The notes beneath the pieces were generated by a model that was given only the letters and a program-made list of their open reading frames with translations, was not told the origin of the DNA and searched no databases. Position numbers and translations under genes: made by a program. From positions 352,001 to 416,000 of the forward strand of contig CBDCYI010000009.1 of NCBI GenBank assembly GCA_965224085.1: a stretch of 64,000 bases of DNA, in the 5' to 3' direction. Source of the DNA: Candidatus Marinacidobacterales bacterium (GTDB taxonomy: Bacteria; Acidobacteriota; Vicinamibacteria; Marinacidobacterales; SMYC01). Shown one piece after another: positions 19,707-29,882 of the stretch. The stretch's first letter is position 1. Each line of letters begins with the position of its first letter.

Positions 19707-20744
19707 TCAAAGAACGAGCCGACTGAAACCGTGGGCGAGCACGACCGGGTACATCGCCAAGTTGCGCAGCAGCGCATAGGATTTCGAGTAGCTCGGTGGC
19801 GGCCCTCCGGTTGCGAGCGCTTTCGCGAGCGCACGCAAGTGCGTCGGTCCGAAGGGCCCGTCTTGGATGCGGTCGATGAGCTCCGATGGTCGCGATGCGT
19901 CGCCGTGGAGCGCGCCGACCCAACCACCGAGGATGGCGGCATGGGTATCGGTATCTCCACCCGCCGAGATGAGCTCGGTGAGGGCCCCGACGGGCTCGGA
20001 GCCGAACCGCACGAACGCGTAGGTGGCCATCGGAACCGAGTGGATAACGAATCCGGAGGTACCCAGCGCCTCGCCGGCCTCCCGCGCGCTCGCCCCGTCG
20101 CGCGCCTTCGCGTTCGCGGACGTGATGGCTTCGTTAAGGCTCTGCTCGCGCACGACGTCCAAGGCGCGTTCGACGAGTGCGCCACGATCCTCCCCTGATG
20201 GCGCGCCCACGGAGAGCGCCGTCAACTCTGCGACGAAAAGCGCGCCGTCGACCGCCCGAGCGTCGCGATGAGTGACTTCCGCCAGCGCTCGGCCATAGGC
20301 TTGTCGGACCGCCGCATCGTCGGTAAAAACCGCGCCCACGACCCCCGCGCGCATCGCCGCGCCGTTTCCCGCGGACATCACTCCCGAGCGCCGAAGTCCG
20401 AGCGCGATCTTGAAGCAGGCCCGAATCGTGCCGAGTCCGATCCCCCAAGGGAGTCGTAAAAACCAGCCGAGCATCGCGCGGCGAAACGCCCGGCGGCAGG
20501 ACTCCAAGTCCTCGCTTCGGGCGAGACTCTGCGCGACGAGCGCCGATTGTTCCGTGTCGTCGGAGACGAAGCCGGTGCGTCCAAGAATATGGAAATCGTC
20601 GATGCGGCCGAAGCGGCGGGCGATGGCGTCAGCGCCCATGCCTTCGCAGGCGAGCCCCAAAGCGTCCCCGAGCGCTGTTCCCAGGAGCGCCCCGGCGATC
20701 GCGGATTCGTGGTCTTTGTGCATGATACGAGCGAGTTGCTTCAT
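19707..20744 (-). CDS. ADP-ribosylglycohydrolase (DraG/ARH family)
   Basis: GDALG, SDDTEQ, SAGNGAAMR, GGDTDT; start may be 20723. Confidence 0.92.
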   Translation of the reverse strand: MKQLARIMHKDHESAIAGALLGTALGDALGLACEGMGADAIARRFGRIDDFHILGRTGFVSDDTEQSALVAQSLARSEDLESCRRAFRRAMLGWFLRLPWGIGLGTIRACFKIALGLRRSGVMSAGNGAAMRAGVVGAVFTDDAAVRQAYGRALAEVTHRDARAVDGALFVAELTALSVGAPSGEDRGALVERALDVVREQSLNEAITSANAKARDGASAREAGEALGTSGFVIHSVPMATYAFVRFGSEPVGALTELISAGGDTDTHAAILGGWVGALHGDASRPSELIDRIQDGPFGPTHLRALAKALATGGPPPSYSKSYALLRNLAMYPVVLAHGFSRLVL

Positions 20745-20770
20745 TTTACCAGGGGTAATACGATTCGTGC

Positions 20771-21634
20771 GTGGGGAAGCGCGAGCGCCGACATCGACGG
20801 GTGGCGGCCCTTACTATGGGGTTGGTCATCTTCGTGGTCTCGCTCGGGCTCGCACAGCAATTTCAGCAAAACCGCGGCTGGCGCGGGTGGTGGAATCGCG
20901 TCCCGCCCAAGTTCCCGACAGCAGAAGATCTGCGCGAGCGCTCCTTTTCCTTTTGTCGCGTCCTCTACGAGAGCGTGCGCGACGAGCCTCTCGGCCATGG
21001 CTGGAACACCGACTATCCCGACTCCGACATCAATTTCATGGTCCGTTTCTCCGAGCTGACATCGGCGCGCATCAACCGAGGCCCCGAGGGGCTGCCCAAC
21101 CACGTCGTGGTGACGCTCGACGACGACGCGATGTTCAACTACCCGTTCATCTTCATGTCCGATGTCGGCACCGCGGGGTTCACGCCGTCTCAAGCCGAGC
21201 GCTTACGGCAATATCTCCTACGCGGCGGCATGCTCTACGTGGACGACTTCTGGGGAGTCCGCGCCTTCGAACATTGGAAGCGAGAGATGGCCCAGGTGTT
21301 GCCTTCCGACAGGTACCCGATCGTCGATGTGCCGCTGGACCACCCGATCTTCCGGTCGTTCTTCACCATCAAGAAAATACCCCAAATCCCGTCCATTCAA
21401 TTTTGGAGGCGGTCGGGCGGAACGAGCACGTCCGAGCGCGGCTTCGAGAGCGACGAGCCTCACTTTCGCGGCATCTTCGATGAAAAAGGCCGCTTGATGG
21501 TCATCATGACTCACAATACCGACATCGCCGACGGTTGGGAGCGCGAAGCGGAAGACGACGAGTTCTTCTACCGTTTTTCCGTCCGCGCCTATCCACTCGG
21601 CGTGAACATCGCAATCTATGCGATGACGCACTAA
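20771..21634 (+). CDS. DUF4159 domain protein
   Basis: W.TDYPDSD.N, YPFIFM, LRQYLLRGG...DDFWG, HNTDIADGWE, LGVNIAIYAMTH. Confidence 0.87.
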   Translation: MGKRERRHRRVAALTMGLVIFVVSLGLAQQFQQNRGWRGWWNRVPPKFPTAEDLRERSFSFCRVLYESVRDEPLGHGWNTDYPDSDINFMVRFSELTSARINRGPEGLPNHVVVTLDDDAMFNYPFIFMSDVGTAGFTPSQAERLRQYLLRGGMLYVDDFWGVRAFEHWKREMAQVLPSDRYPIVDVPLDHPIFRSFFTIKKIPQIPSIQFWRRSGGTSTSERGFESDEPHFRGIFDEKGRLMVIMTHNTDIADGWEREAEDDEFFYRFSVRAYPLGVNIAIYAMTH

Positions 21635-21717
21635 GCGTCCCTACTCCGGTCGAAGATCATGCGGCGCAGCGTCCCCTAATCTCACTATTAGCGCTCCTGT
21701 CCTGCGCCGAGGGGAAG

Positions 21718-22500
21718 CCGGGGAGTCCCGTCTGCGCGCCGTCGCGTGACACGATTTTGACCGGATACCATACCGGCCACGCCTATATATGCGACAACGA
21801 CGAGATGGACGAGCGCGGGGACGTCTGGAACGACCCCGACCTCGAAGGCCAACGCCCGCTCCTCGCTGACACCGTCACCATGGGACATCTTCTCCAAGAT
21901 GCTGGCTACGCGACCGCCGACCGCCGCAATCGGCAAGTGGGGCCTTGGCTGGGTCGGCTCGAGCGGCGACCCGAACGAGCAGGGCTTCCATCTTTTCTAC
22001 GGCTATATTTGCCAACGGATCGCCCACAACTACTACCCGACTCATCTCTGGCGCAACGGTGAGAAAGATTGGCTCGACAACGAGGACTTCTCCGCTCGTC
22101 AGAAGCTTCCGGACGGCGCGGACCCAAAAAGCCCGTCCTCCTATGAAGGTTATTCAGGCCGCGATTACGCCATGGATTTCCTCACCGACGAGGCTCTCGC
22201 GTTCATTCGCAAAAACCGCAGCCGACCGTTCTTCCTTTAGGTTCCCTACGTCGTCCCGCACCTGATTGCACGCTGGCCGGGCCACATCGAAGCGGATGCG
22301 GTAAGCGATCGGATTTCGGCATCCTGGGATCTGCTGCAAGGCGTTTAAGCCATTCGGCGTGGCCGTTTCAAAGGCATTCGTCACGGTGTCGACAAGCCGA
22401 CGGAGCTCTACGATTTGCAAGACGACTCGGCTGAAAGCATCGACGTCGCCTCCGAACATCCCGACATCGTGCGCGAGATGCTGGAGCTCTTCTCGAGCGC
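21718..22500 (+). pseudogene. Arylsulfatase, fragmented
   Basis: VCAPSR (CxPxR), TG.HTGH, IGKWGLG, PFFL, ELYDL in several frames with deletions. Confidence 0.8.
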
Positions 22501-22543
22501 GCGTCGAATCCGAGCTGTTTCCACTAAGACTAAGAAAAAGGCC

Positions 22544-23143
22544 CTAGCGCCGCCTCGGCGGACCGACGAGAATCGAGATCGGATGATCTGTTCCGGGCCA
22601 ATGCGGTCCACGCGTGATATCGACACCTCCTTCGCGGAACACGTTGAAGACCGACGACGCGAACGTGTCCGGGACATCAGACGAGACCCCGAAAATCACG
22701 CCAGACGGTGTGTCTTCGTACCCTGGCAGGAGGAGCGGTGCGTAGGTCATACCAAAGGACGGCGGCACGTCCCAGCCGGCATCCTTCAGGATCGACGCAA
22801 TCTTACGCGCATATTCCGTCGTGTCGAGATCAGACGAGTTCGCGAGCACGAAAGCCGTCGGGCCGACGAAATTGCTCAACGCCTCGACCATCGCGGCTCG
22901 CGTTTCATCGCTGAAGCCGCGCTGCGTGGGAGTCGCTTCGAGAACAGCGATCCGCTCGCGCGCTTTTTGGATCTCGCCTAGAAGCTCTTCGCGGCGCGCG
23001 GCCCCGCTCGACCAAATTCCGAGCGCGGCGATCGCGATGACTACGGCGACGCCAGCAGCTGGCAGATCTTTGTGGCGCAGAAAAACCCATGCCGCGAGGC
23101 CGAGGGCGAGCCCAGCCGTCACGAGCAAAAGTGTTATGTTCAT
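22544..23143 (-). CDS. Hypothetical membrane protein (two N-terminal TM segments, coiled coil)
   Basis: 199-aa ORF with a hydrophobic N-terminus; no family recognised. Confidence 0.6.
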   Translation of the reverse strand: MNITLLLVTAGLALGLAAWVFLRHKDLPAAGVAVVIAIAALGIWSSGAARREELLGEIQKARERIAVLEATPTQRGFSDETRAAMVEALSNFVGPTAFVLANSSDLDTTEYARKIASILKDAGWDVPPSFGMTYAPLLLPGYEDTPSGVIFGVSSDVPDTFASSVFNVFREGGVDITRGPHWPGTDHPISILVGPPRRR

Positions 23144-23203
23144 GAACGTCTACAGAATACCTGCATCGCTGTCATTCCACCACTTCTGCTAGCCTTTCTA
23201 CGT

Positions 23204-23690
23204 GTGCACGCGATAGCGAAGCTCTGCAAAGAAGCGTTTTCCGGAATTCCCCGCGATCTGTGGCTCCTCGCCCTCGGGGCGCTCATCAACCGCAGCGGCA
23301 CGATGGTCCTGCCTTTCCTCACGCTGTACCTGACGGCCGAGAGAGGCGTGAGCGCGGCAGAGGCTGGACAGCTCGTTGCGGTTTATGGCGTGGGCGCGAT
23401 GTTTGGCGCCTATCTCGGTGGCTGGCTCAGCGACCATATCGGCTCCATCCGAGCGCAGCAGCTGAGCCTCGTAACGGGTGGCGTGGGTTTTCTCATCCTT
23501 TCTGCCGTTCGTGAAAGATGGGCGATCGCGATAACGCTCTTTTTCGTCAGCATCGTCGTCGAGGCTTCCGCCCCGCGGTCATGGCGTCGTTTGCGGAGAA
23601 CTCGTCCGAAGAGAGCCGCGCGAAGGCGTTTGCCTTTCTTCGGCTCGCTGTCAATCTCGGCGTCGGTTTATCGATGAGTGTCGCACCGCT
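23204..23690 (+). pseudogene. MFS transporter, 5' fragment
   Basis: LINRSGTMVLPFLTLYLT, GGWLSDHIG; frameshift near 23570, then AFLRLAVNLG; truncated. Confidence 0.75.
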
Positions 23691-23785
23691 CCGACACAGT
23701 TTGGACAAGCGACGACGGCCGGCGGCAGCCGCCGGTGAGTAGCTATTCTATTGCTGAGAATCGGACGGAAACGGCGGGCGAGAAG

Positions 23786-24154
23786 TCAGAACCCTCTTTT
23801 CCTGCCCCGAATATTCCGGCGGCTGCCTTTCGGCTTACCACCACCCCCACGCGGTCCGCGAGCTGACGGCGGCCCGCCGCCATCGGAAAATCCGGACGGA
23901 CGACGCTGTCTTTCCTCGGCCGCGCTGACACGAAGATTCCTTCCGGAAAGCTCGTAGCCATCGTAACGCTCGATCGCTTGTTCCGCAGAGTCTTGTGCCG
24001 TGAACTCGACGAACGCGAAGCCTCGGGGTCGACCCGTGATTCGGTCGGTGGGAACGAAGATCTCGACGATCTCACCGATCTCGGAGAAAATCGTTTCGAG
24101 CTCGGCCCTCGTCGTGTCATAACTCATATTTCCGACGAACACTTTGCTAGTAAT
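23786..24154 (-). CDS. RRM RNA-binding protein with Gly/Arg-rich tail; probable ATT start
   Basis: RNP2 VFVGNM, RNP1 RGFAFVEF; AGGAGG 6 nt before ATT gives MTSKVFVGN. Confidence 0.88.
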   Translation of the reverse strand: MTSKVFVGNMSYDTTRAELETIFSEIGEIVEIFVPTDRITGRPRGFAFVEFTAQDSAEQAIERYDGYELSGRNLRVSAAEERQRRPSGFSDGGGPPSARGPRGGGGKPKGSRRNIRGRKRGF

Positions 24155-24502
24155 GATGGACCTCCTAATTCACTTATTGTACACACTTTCTAGAATCGAC
24201 GTCGGAGCCCCGTCCGGAAGCCGCAGCTCGGTGACGCCTGTCGCCTCGGCCGCCGACACGTTCGCGAGGCGGATAGTACGTGGGAGAGCGCGACACAGCG
24301 AGAAGGGTTTAGACGCCTCGCGCGAGAGCGCGCGCGAACAGTTTGGGGAGCTCACGGGCGGCCGGCCTGCGGGCAACGACCTTTTCGATCGAGGCCGGCA
24401 CGGCCGGATTGAGCCCACGGAGAGGCTCGGGCTTTTCGGTCCTATGCTGCATCGCTAGCTTCACCAGCCGTCAACTGGTGAGCAGGAACAGCCGGTGGCT
24501 TG

Positions 24503-25627
24503 TCAAGACACGGCGGCGCGTGTGGACCTCTTCTCGAGCACTTCGGAAAGGATCGCCACGGCTTCGTCGAAGCCCTCGTCGCACGTGCCAAAGCCAAGGC
24601 GAAAATGCGCCGGAAAGCCGAAGCAATCCCCCGGCGCGAGCACGACGCCGCGCGCGCAGGCAGCCTCGCAGAAAGATCGCGCATTCTTTTCAGCACACAA
24701 GCGCGGAAAGATAGTCATCCCGCCATTAGGCCGAACCCATTCGACCAAGTCGGCGTGCTTCATGAAAAGTTCGTCGAGCATGGCGAGATTGGCCTCGGCC
24801 ACCTGGCGGGTGCGATCGAAGATCGTCTCCCGGTTGCGGGTGGCGACTTCGGCGAGAATCTCGCCCGGCAGGTTGTTCGAGATGCTGAAATGCGCGCGCG
24901 TGTTCCAATAGGCTTCGCGTCTTTTCTCGTCGCGCTCCAGGATCCAGCCGATCCGGATGCCGGGGAGGCTGAAAGCTTTCGAGAAATCACCAAAAACAGC
25001 GGCATCGAGATACTCCCCTGCGGAAGGCGGCGCCGTCCCGCGATAAATAGGGTGGTAGACCTCGTCGACGACGAGCTGCACCCCGCGTTCTGTTGCGAAA
25101 GAGCTCAGCGTTTTCAAGCTGTCTGGGCTCATGGTCGCGCCCGTGGGGTTGTGGGGGGAGTTGACGAGAATGAACTCCGTATTCTCGTCGACGAGCTCTT
25201 TTATGGCGTCGACATCGACCTCGAACCCGTCCTCGAATCGCAGCTCGAACGGACGGATCTCGAGCCCGAGCCCTTCCGGAACGTCTAGAAAAGGCGGAAA
25301 AGCCGGGCTGGGCACGACGACGTTCTTCCCGTCCTCCGCGGCCAGATAGAACATCGAGAGAAGCGCTTCGGAAGCGCCGGCGACGACGAGCACGTCGTCC
25401 GGGCCCGCTCCGTACATCGCTGCGATTTCGCGGCGCAGCGACGCGTGACCGGTACCGGGGCAATAGGTAAGAGGGGTCTTCAAGAACCGCGCTTTCTCAT
25501 GCTCGTTCATGAGCCCGAGCAAACCCTCGACCGTCCATGACGGCCCGGTGCTCGCGGCAAGGTTGTAGCGCGCGGCATGCTCGTGCTCTTCGAGCCATAG
25601 GTCCAACAGAAAGGTCTTTAATTGCAT
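24503..25627 (-). CDS. PLP-dependent aminotransferase class I/II
   Basis: NSPHNPTG, VDEVY, SKAFSLPGIRIGW. Confidence 0.92.
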   Translation of the reverse strand: MQLKTFLLDLWLEEHEHAARYNLAASTGPSWTVEGLLGLMNEHEKARFLKTPLTYCPGTGHASLRREIAAMYGAGPDDVLVVAGASEALLSMFYLAAEDGKNVVVPSPAFPPFLDVPEGLGLEIRPFELRFEDGFEVDVDAIKELVDENTEFILVNSPHNPTGATMSPDSLKTLSSFATERGVQLVVDEVYHPIYRGTAPPSAGEYLDAAVFGDFSKAFSLPGIRIGWILERDEKRREAYWNTRAHFSISNNLPGEILAEVATRNRETIFDRTRQVAEANLAMLDELFMKHADLVEWVRPNGGMTIFPRLCAEKNARSFCEAACARGVVLAPGDCFGFPAHFRLGFGTCDEGFDEAVAILSEVLEKRSTRAAVS

Positions 25628-25688
25628 CGATATAGCTCCTGGTTCGAGCGTCTGGAGCTATCATATCCCCGACTCTCGGAGACCAAGA

Positions 25689-26120
25689 ATGTCCTACAAC
25701 ATTATTAATAAGCTTCAGGAAGGCCACATCGCACGGCTCCACGAGCTTTACCAGCTGGAATGGTGGACGCGCGGCCGCAACCTCGAGGACGTGCGCGCGA
25801 TGGTCTCGAGCTCGGAATATCTCTACGGGATCTCCGCGTTTGGGCATGACAAGCCGGGGGAACTCGTCGGTTTCGTGCGCGTTCTCTCCGATAGAGTCTT
25901 CAAAGCGCTCATCTTCGACGTTGTTGTCGATCCCGCCCATCGCGGACGGGCACTCGGGCGGCAACTGATGGAGCGCATCCTGAGCGACCCTCGTCTCGCG
26001 CACGTGAAACATTTCGAGCTCTATTGTCTGCCGGAGCTCGAGCCGTTCTACGAGCGCCTCGGTTTCTCCGCCGACGTCGGCGGCGTGCGCCTGATGCGCC
26101 TGACGCATTACTCGTTATAA
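25689..26120 (+). CDS. GNAT N-acetyltransferase
   Basis: LVGFVRV, DVVVDPAHRGRALG, FYERLGF. Confidence 0.9.
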   Translation: MSYNIINKLQEGHIARLHELYQLEWWTRGRNLEDVRAMVSSSEYLYGISAFGHDKPGELVGFVRVLSDRVFKALIFDVVVDPAHRGRALGRQLMERILSDPRLAHVKHFELYCLPELEPFYERLGFSADVGGVRLMRLTHYSL

Positions 26121-26197
26121 GCTGCGATCTCTCGAAGGCGAGCCTCGATGTCCTCGCTCGAGATCCACCGGCCCCGCACCATCACGCCGACCCGGCC

Positions 26198-26374
26198 ATG
26201 CCGCTCGAGCTCACGAAGCTCGAAGCGGAGTTCCACGCGAAGGTACTGGGGCAAGAGGATGCGATCAAAACCATCGTCAAGACCATCGGAATGATCAAAG
26301 CCGGGCTCTCGGATGTCCGAAGGCCGTTCGGTGTTTTTCTTTTCGTCGGCCCCACGGGCGTCGGCTTTTCTTGA
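26198..26374 (+). pseudogene. ClpA/ClpB second ATPase domain fragment
   Basis: VLGQEDAI, AGLSD..RP.GVFLFVGPTGVG, cut just before KT of Walker A. Confidence 0.75.
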
Positions 26375-26398
26375 TATTGATCTTTTCGAGCAGACCGC

Positions 26399-27190
26399 TC
26401 AAGGAACGACGGCGACGATCCGCACCGGGCCGCCCGAGCCCTTCCCGATCTTCACCGGCAGCGCAATGACCCAAAACCCCGTCTCGGGAAGCTCGTCTAC
26501 GCGCGCAACGTTCTCGAGGTTCGGCACACCACCGCTGGCCGCGATTTGATGCGCAATGAAGTCTTTCGACTGGCCGTAATCGATGCTCGCGGTGTCGACA
26601 CCAAGCGCTCCGACGCGACGCTGCTCCACCAAAAAACGCGTCGCTTCTTCGCCGTATCCGGGAAAGTGTAGATTCGACGCATCCCCCGGCGCGTCATCTC
26701 CCAAATAAGGTAATGCCTCGGGCCAACGACTCCCCCACCCCGTGCGCAGCAGGACGATAGCGCCTTCGGGCACCGGACCATGCGCCGCTTCCCAAGCCGT
26801 TACCGTGTCGAGGCTGAGACGCGCATCCGGATCCTGAGAGGCCTGCTCCGACATATCGATCACGACACCGGGTGCTATGAGCTGCCGCACGGGAATCTCA
26901 CCCGCCGTGCGCCCACCTTCGGCGAAGTGAATGGGCGCATCGAGATGGGTGCCGCCGTGCTCGGGCGTACAGAATGAATAGGCGGCATAGAAGTAGCCGG
27001 CTTCATTCAGCCCATAGTCGAGCTCGTCCAGAATGAAATCCGTGGGCGACGTGGGCCAATAGAGCGTCTCGTCATCATAGGTATAGGAGAGATCAATGAG
27101 CGTCGCCGTGGCCAGATCGAGACCTGGTGGTGGCTCGGGGGCCGCGGCACAGCCGGCCGCGCAAAGGAACAAAACCGAAAGCTTCTTCAT
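26399..27190 (-). CDS. Cyclase family metal-dependent hydrolase (kynurenine formamidase-like), lipoprotein
   Basis: EHGGTHLDAP.H, LLRTGW, GVDTASID, LENVA, GSGGPVR. Confidence 0.9.
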   Translation of the reverse strand: MKKLSVLFLCAAGCAAAPEPPPGLDLATATLIDLSYTYDDETLYWPTSPTDFILDELDYGLNEAGYFYAAYSFCTPEHGGTHLDAPIHFAEGGRTAGEIPVRQLIAPGVVIDMSEQASQDPDARLSLDTVTAWEAAHGPVPEGAIVLLRTGWGSRWPEALPYLGDDAPGDASNLHFPGYGEEATRFLVEQRRVGALGVDTASIDYGQSKDFIAHQIAASGGVPNLENVARVDELPETGFWVIALPVKIGKGSGGPVRIVAVVP

Positions 27191-27331
27191 GTCGGACTGA
27201 GCGTTCAAGTACTTCAGGAGCTCTATGTCGACGTCACCCGAAAGATCCCTACGCCCTTGCCCATCGCTACCGCGCGTGAGATCGTGCGAAACTTCATCGC
27301 CGGAATCCCCGTCGAGAACCCGTTCACTTAG
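27191..27331 (+). pseudogene. PIN-domain (VapC-like) internal fragment
   Basis: Manual translation LSVQVLQELYVDVTRKIPTPLPIATAREIV. Confidence 0.6.
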
Positions 27332-27345
27332 GAGGAGCGAAAAGA

Positions 27346-27774
27346 ATGGCCAACCAACCAACGCGCGCAACGCGCAACATGAACGCCAACGAGGGACGAA
27401 TCATCCGGGTGGAGCGTCTGTTTGGGAGGCTCGAAAAACGGATCGAGCGGCTCGAGATGCAAAACGCGACTCTTAAGGCTGAAGTCGCGAAAGGAGGGCC
27501 GAAGATCGGCCCTCAAAAGATCGCGCAGCTCGTAAAGCAAAATGCCAACTTGAAAGCCGAGATCTCGAAGCTTCGCGCTAGAGTCGACCAGAACGCGAAA
27601 GACAACAAGCAAAACGCCAGCACCATCACACGTCTCGATGGTCTCACTGAACCCGTGAAGGCGCTCGTGCGCAGCTTCAAGCAAACGCCTGGCGCCCCGT
27701 TTGCCGTGTGGACGATGTGGATGGTTTCGACTTTCAGAAAGCAAGGCGTTTACCGCAAGCAGATTTTCCGATAG
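27346..27774 (+). CDS. Hypothetical basic coiled-coil protein
   Basis: AGGAGG RBS; internal repeat QNATLKAEV/QNANLKAEI. Confidence 0.55.
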   Translation: MANQPTRATRNMNANEGRIIRVERLFGRLEKRIERLEMQNATLKAEVAKGGPKIGPQKIAQLVKQNANLKAEISKLRARVDQNAKDNKQNASTITRLDGLTEPVKALVRSFKQTPGAPFAVWTMWMVSTFRKQGVYRKQIFR

Positions 27775-27989
27775 TTCACGCAACGTTGTTGACTCTTTCC
27801 CTTCACCCATTTAGATTGACGCGGGCTCAACGCCGCCCCCGGTCAAGAAGGGCCGAACCACGCGGATTCGCATCGAGGAGACTTACACCGATCCCAGCCG
27901 CTACGGTTTGGTGGGTGAGAGGCTCGTTTGGCGTCGAAGCTTCGGGCGATCCTACAACGACATCGTGCTTCCCGAAGGTTGGTTTTCGG

Positions 27990-28921
27990 ATGTCTTTCTA
28001 TCGCGCTTTCGGGTTTCGCGCAAAAAACACGCGAAGTACCCCACGACATTTCGGAAGACGAGCTCAGCGAAAGTATGCTCGAAAACCTCCGGGGCTTAGG
28101 CCTCAGGCCGCGACAGAGCGAAGGCTGCCTTCACTGTCACGTCGGAGACATGGAGCAGCCGTCCGATTCCTGGGATTGGGCGTCGGATGCGAAGCCCGCT
28201 AAACGCAAGGCGCGGACGTTGATGGCGATGGTTCGGGAAATCAACGCTCAGCACTTGGAGAAGCTCGAGACACGCTTCGAGCCCCCCATGCGTGTTACGT
28301 GCTACACGTGCTACGCTGGGCGCATCGATCCGCGGCCGCTTCCGGATGTCCTCGCCGCCGCGTGCACGGACGGCGGGATCGAGAGCGCGACAGCTCGCTA
28401 CCGGAGCTGCGCGAGCGTTATTTTGGAGGGGACGCTACGATTTTCGCGTCAGCGTTCTTGTGGATGTCGCGTACGGGATGGCGCGGCGCGGCGCGTTCGA
28501 CGACGCCGTAACGCTCGCGGAGCTCAATGCTGAAGTCCATCCGACGGAGCCAGAGGCGCGAACCGTTTGGCTTCAGCTTCGCCTCGTGCGTACGGACGCC
28601 GCATCAGGAATCACGGCGGCGCTCAACGAGTTCGATCGTTGGGTGCGTGGTCCTGTGTCTGAAAGTATCGACCCGGTGCTTCTCGACGGGCTCGGGTGTG
28701 GGCTCCATCGTCGAGAGCGTCAGGACGATGCGCTCACCGTGTTCCGGCGCAACCATCAGCAATTTCCCGGGGAGTACATCCCGAACGAGAGCCTGGCCGA
28801 TGCGTTGTGGGATCGTGGAGAGCGCGAGACGGCTATCGAGATGTTCGAAGCCTGGCTCGACCAGCATCCCAATCACGCTATGGCGCGCCGTCGTGTCGCG
28901 ACGCTCGAGAGCCGCCTTTGA
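27990..28921 (+). pseudogene. c-type cytochrome (reaction-centre cytochrome c-like domain) with C-terminal TPR-like region, frameshifted
   Basis: CLHCH, WASDAKPAKRKAR..M.MV.EIN, second motif CYTCY in place of CxxCH; frameshift near 28400-28440. Confidence 0.65.
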
Positions 28922-28961
28922 TCTTGGCACAACCCGCCCCGGAGCCGTTAAGATACGGCGC

Positions 28962-29840
28962 ATGAAAAGCCTATTTACGCTCCTGCTATCGATCTGCCCA
29001 ACACTCGCTCTCGCCCAAGATCCTGTCCGGGTCTTCATCTCCGTCGATATGGAGGGTATCAGCGGCATCGCGCACTCCGAAATGACGGGAGCGAGCGGTG
29101 CCGAGTACGGGCGCGGGCGGGCGTTCATGGTCGCGGATGTAAACGCGGCGATCGAAGGCGCGCGAGAGGCCGGTGCCATCGACTTCCTCGTGAACGACTC
29201 ACACGGAAGCATGCGGAACGTGAAGATCGAGGAGCTTCTGCCGCCCGCTAGGCTCATCAGCAACAACTCGAAAGCGCTCGGCATGATGGAAGGGATAAGC
29301 TCCGACTTCGACGCGGTTTTCTTCATCGGCTATCACTCGATGGAGGGACAGCCGGGGCTTTTCGCCCATACAGGCTCGGGCGGGAAAGTCGCCGATATCA
29401 GCGTCAATGGGCGTTCGATGAGTGAAGGTGGTATGAACGCACGCGTCGCGGGGAGCTTTGGTGTCCCCGTCGCGTTGGCCACAGGTGACGAAGCGTTCAC
29501 GAAAGAGATCAAGGGGCTGGTCGATGGCGACATCGAGACGGTAGCCGTGAAGCGCCACATCCGACGCCGCACGGCTGAGCTTCTTCATCCAGAGGAGGCA
29601 CAACAACGAATCCGTGAAGGCGCGCGACGCGCCATCGAGCGACTCTCGTCCTTTCAGCCGACGCGACCGCACGAGCCTGTCTCCGTGGCCATCACCTACA
29701 AGAGCCCTGATCTCGCGGACATCGCCGCTGTTTTGCCGACCGTCGAGCGGACCGCTCACTACGCGGTCACCTTCGAATCCTCGAACTACGTGCACGCGTA
29801 CAAGATGATTCGCGTTCTCTACCGCAATCTCTCCGAGTAA
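28962..29840 (+). CDS. M55 family D-aminopeptidase (DppA-like) with signal peptide
   Basis: ISVDMEG, NDSHG, IGYH, AHT, SEGG.N motifs. Confidence 0.92.
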   Translation: MKSLFTLLLSICPTLALAQDPVRVFISVDMEGISGIAHSEMTGASGAEYGRGRAFMVADVNAAIEGAREAGAIDFLVNDSHGSMRNVKIEELLPPARLISNNSKALGMMEGISSDFDAVFFIGYHSMEGQPGLFAHTGSGGKVADISVNGRSMSEGGMNARVAGSFGVPVALATGDEAFTKEIKGLVDGDIETVAVKRHIRRRTAELLHPEEAQQRIREGARRAIERLSSFQPTRPHEPVSVAITYKSPDLADIAAVLPTVERTAHYAVTFESSNYVHAYKMIRVLYRNLSE

Positions 29841-29882
29841 CCACGCTCGCGCGAAAGAGGTCGATCGCAGTAGTCTACGGTT

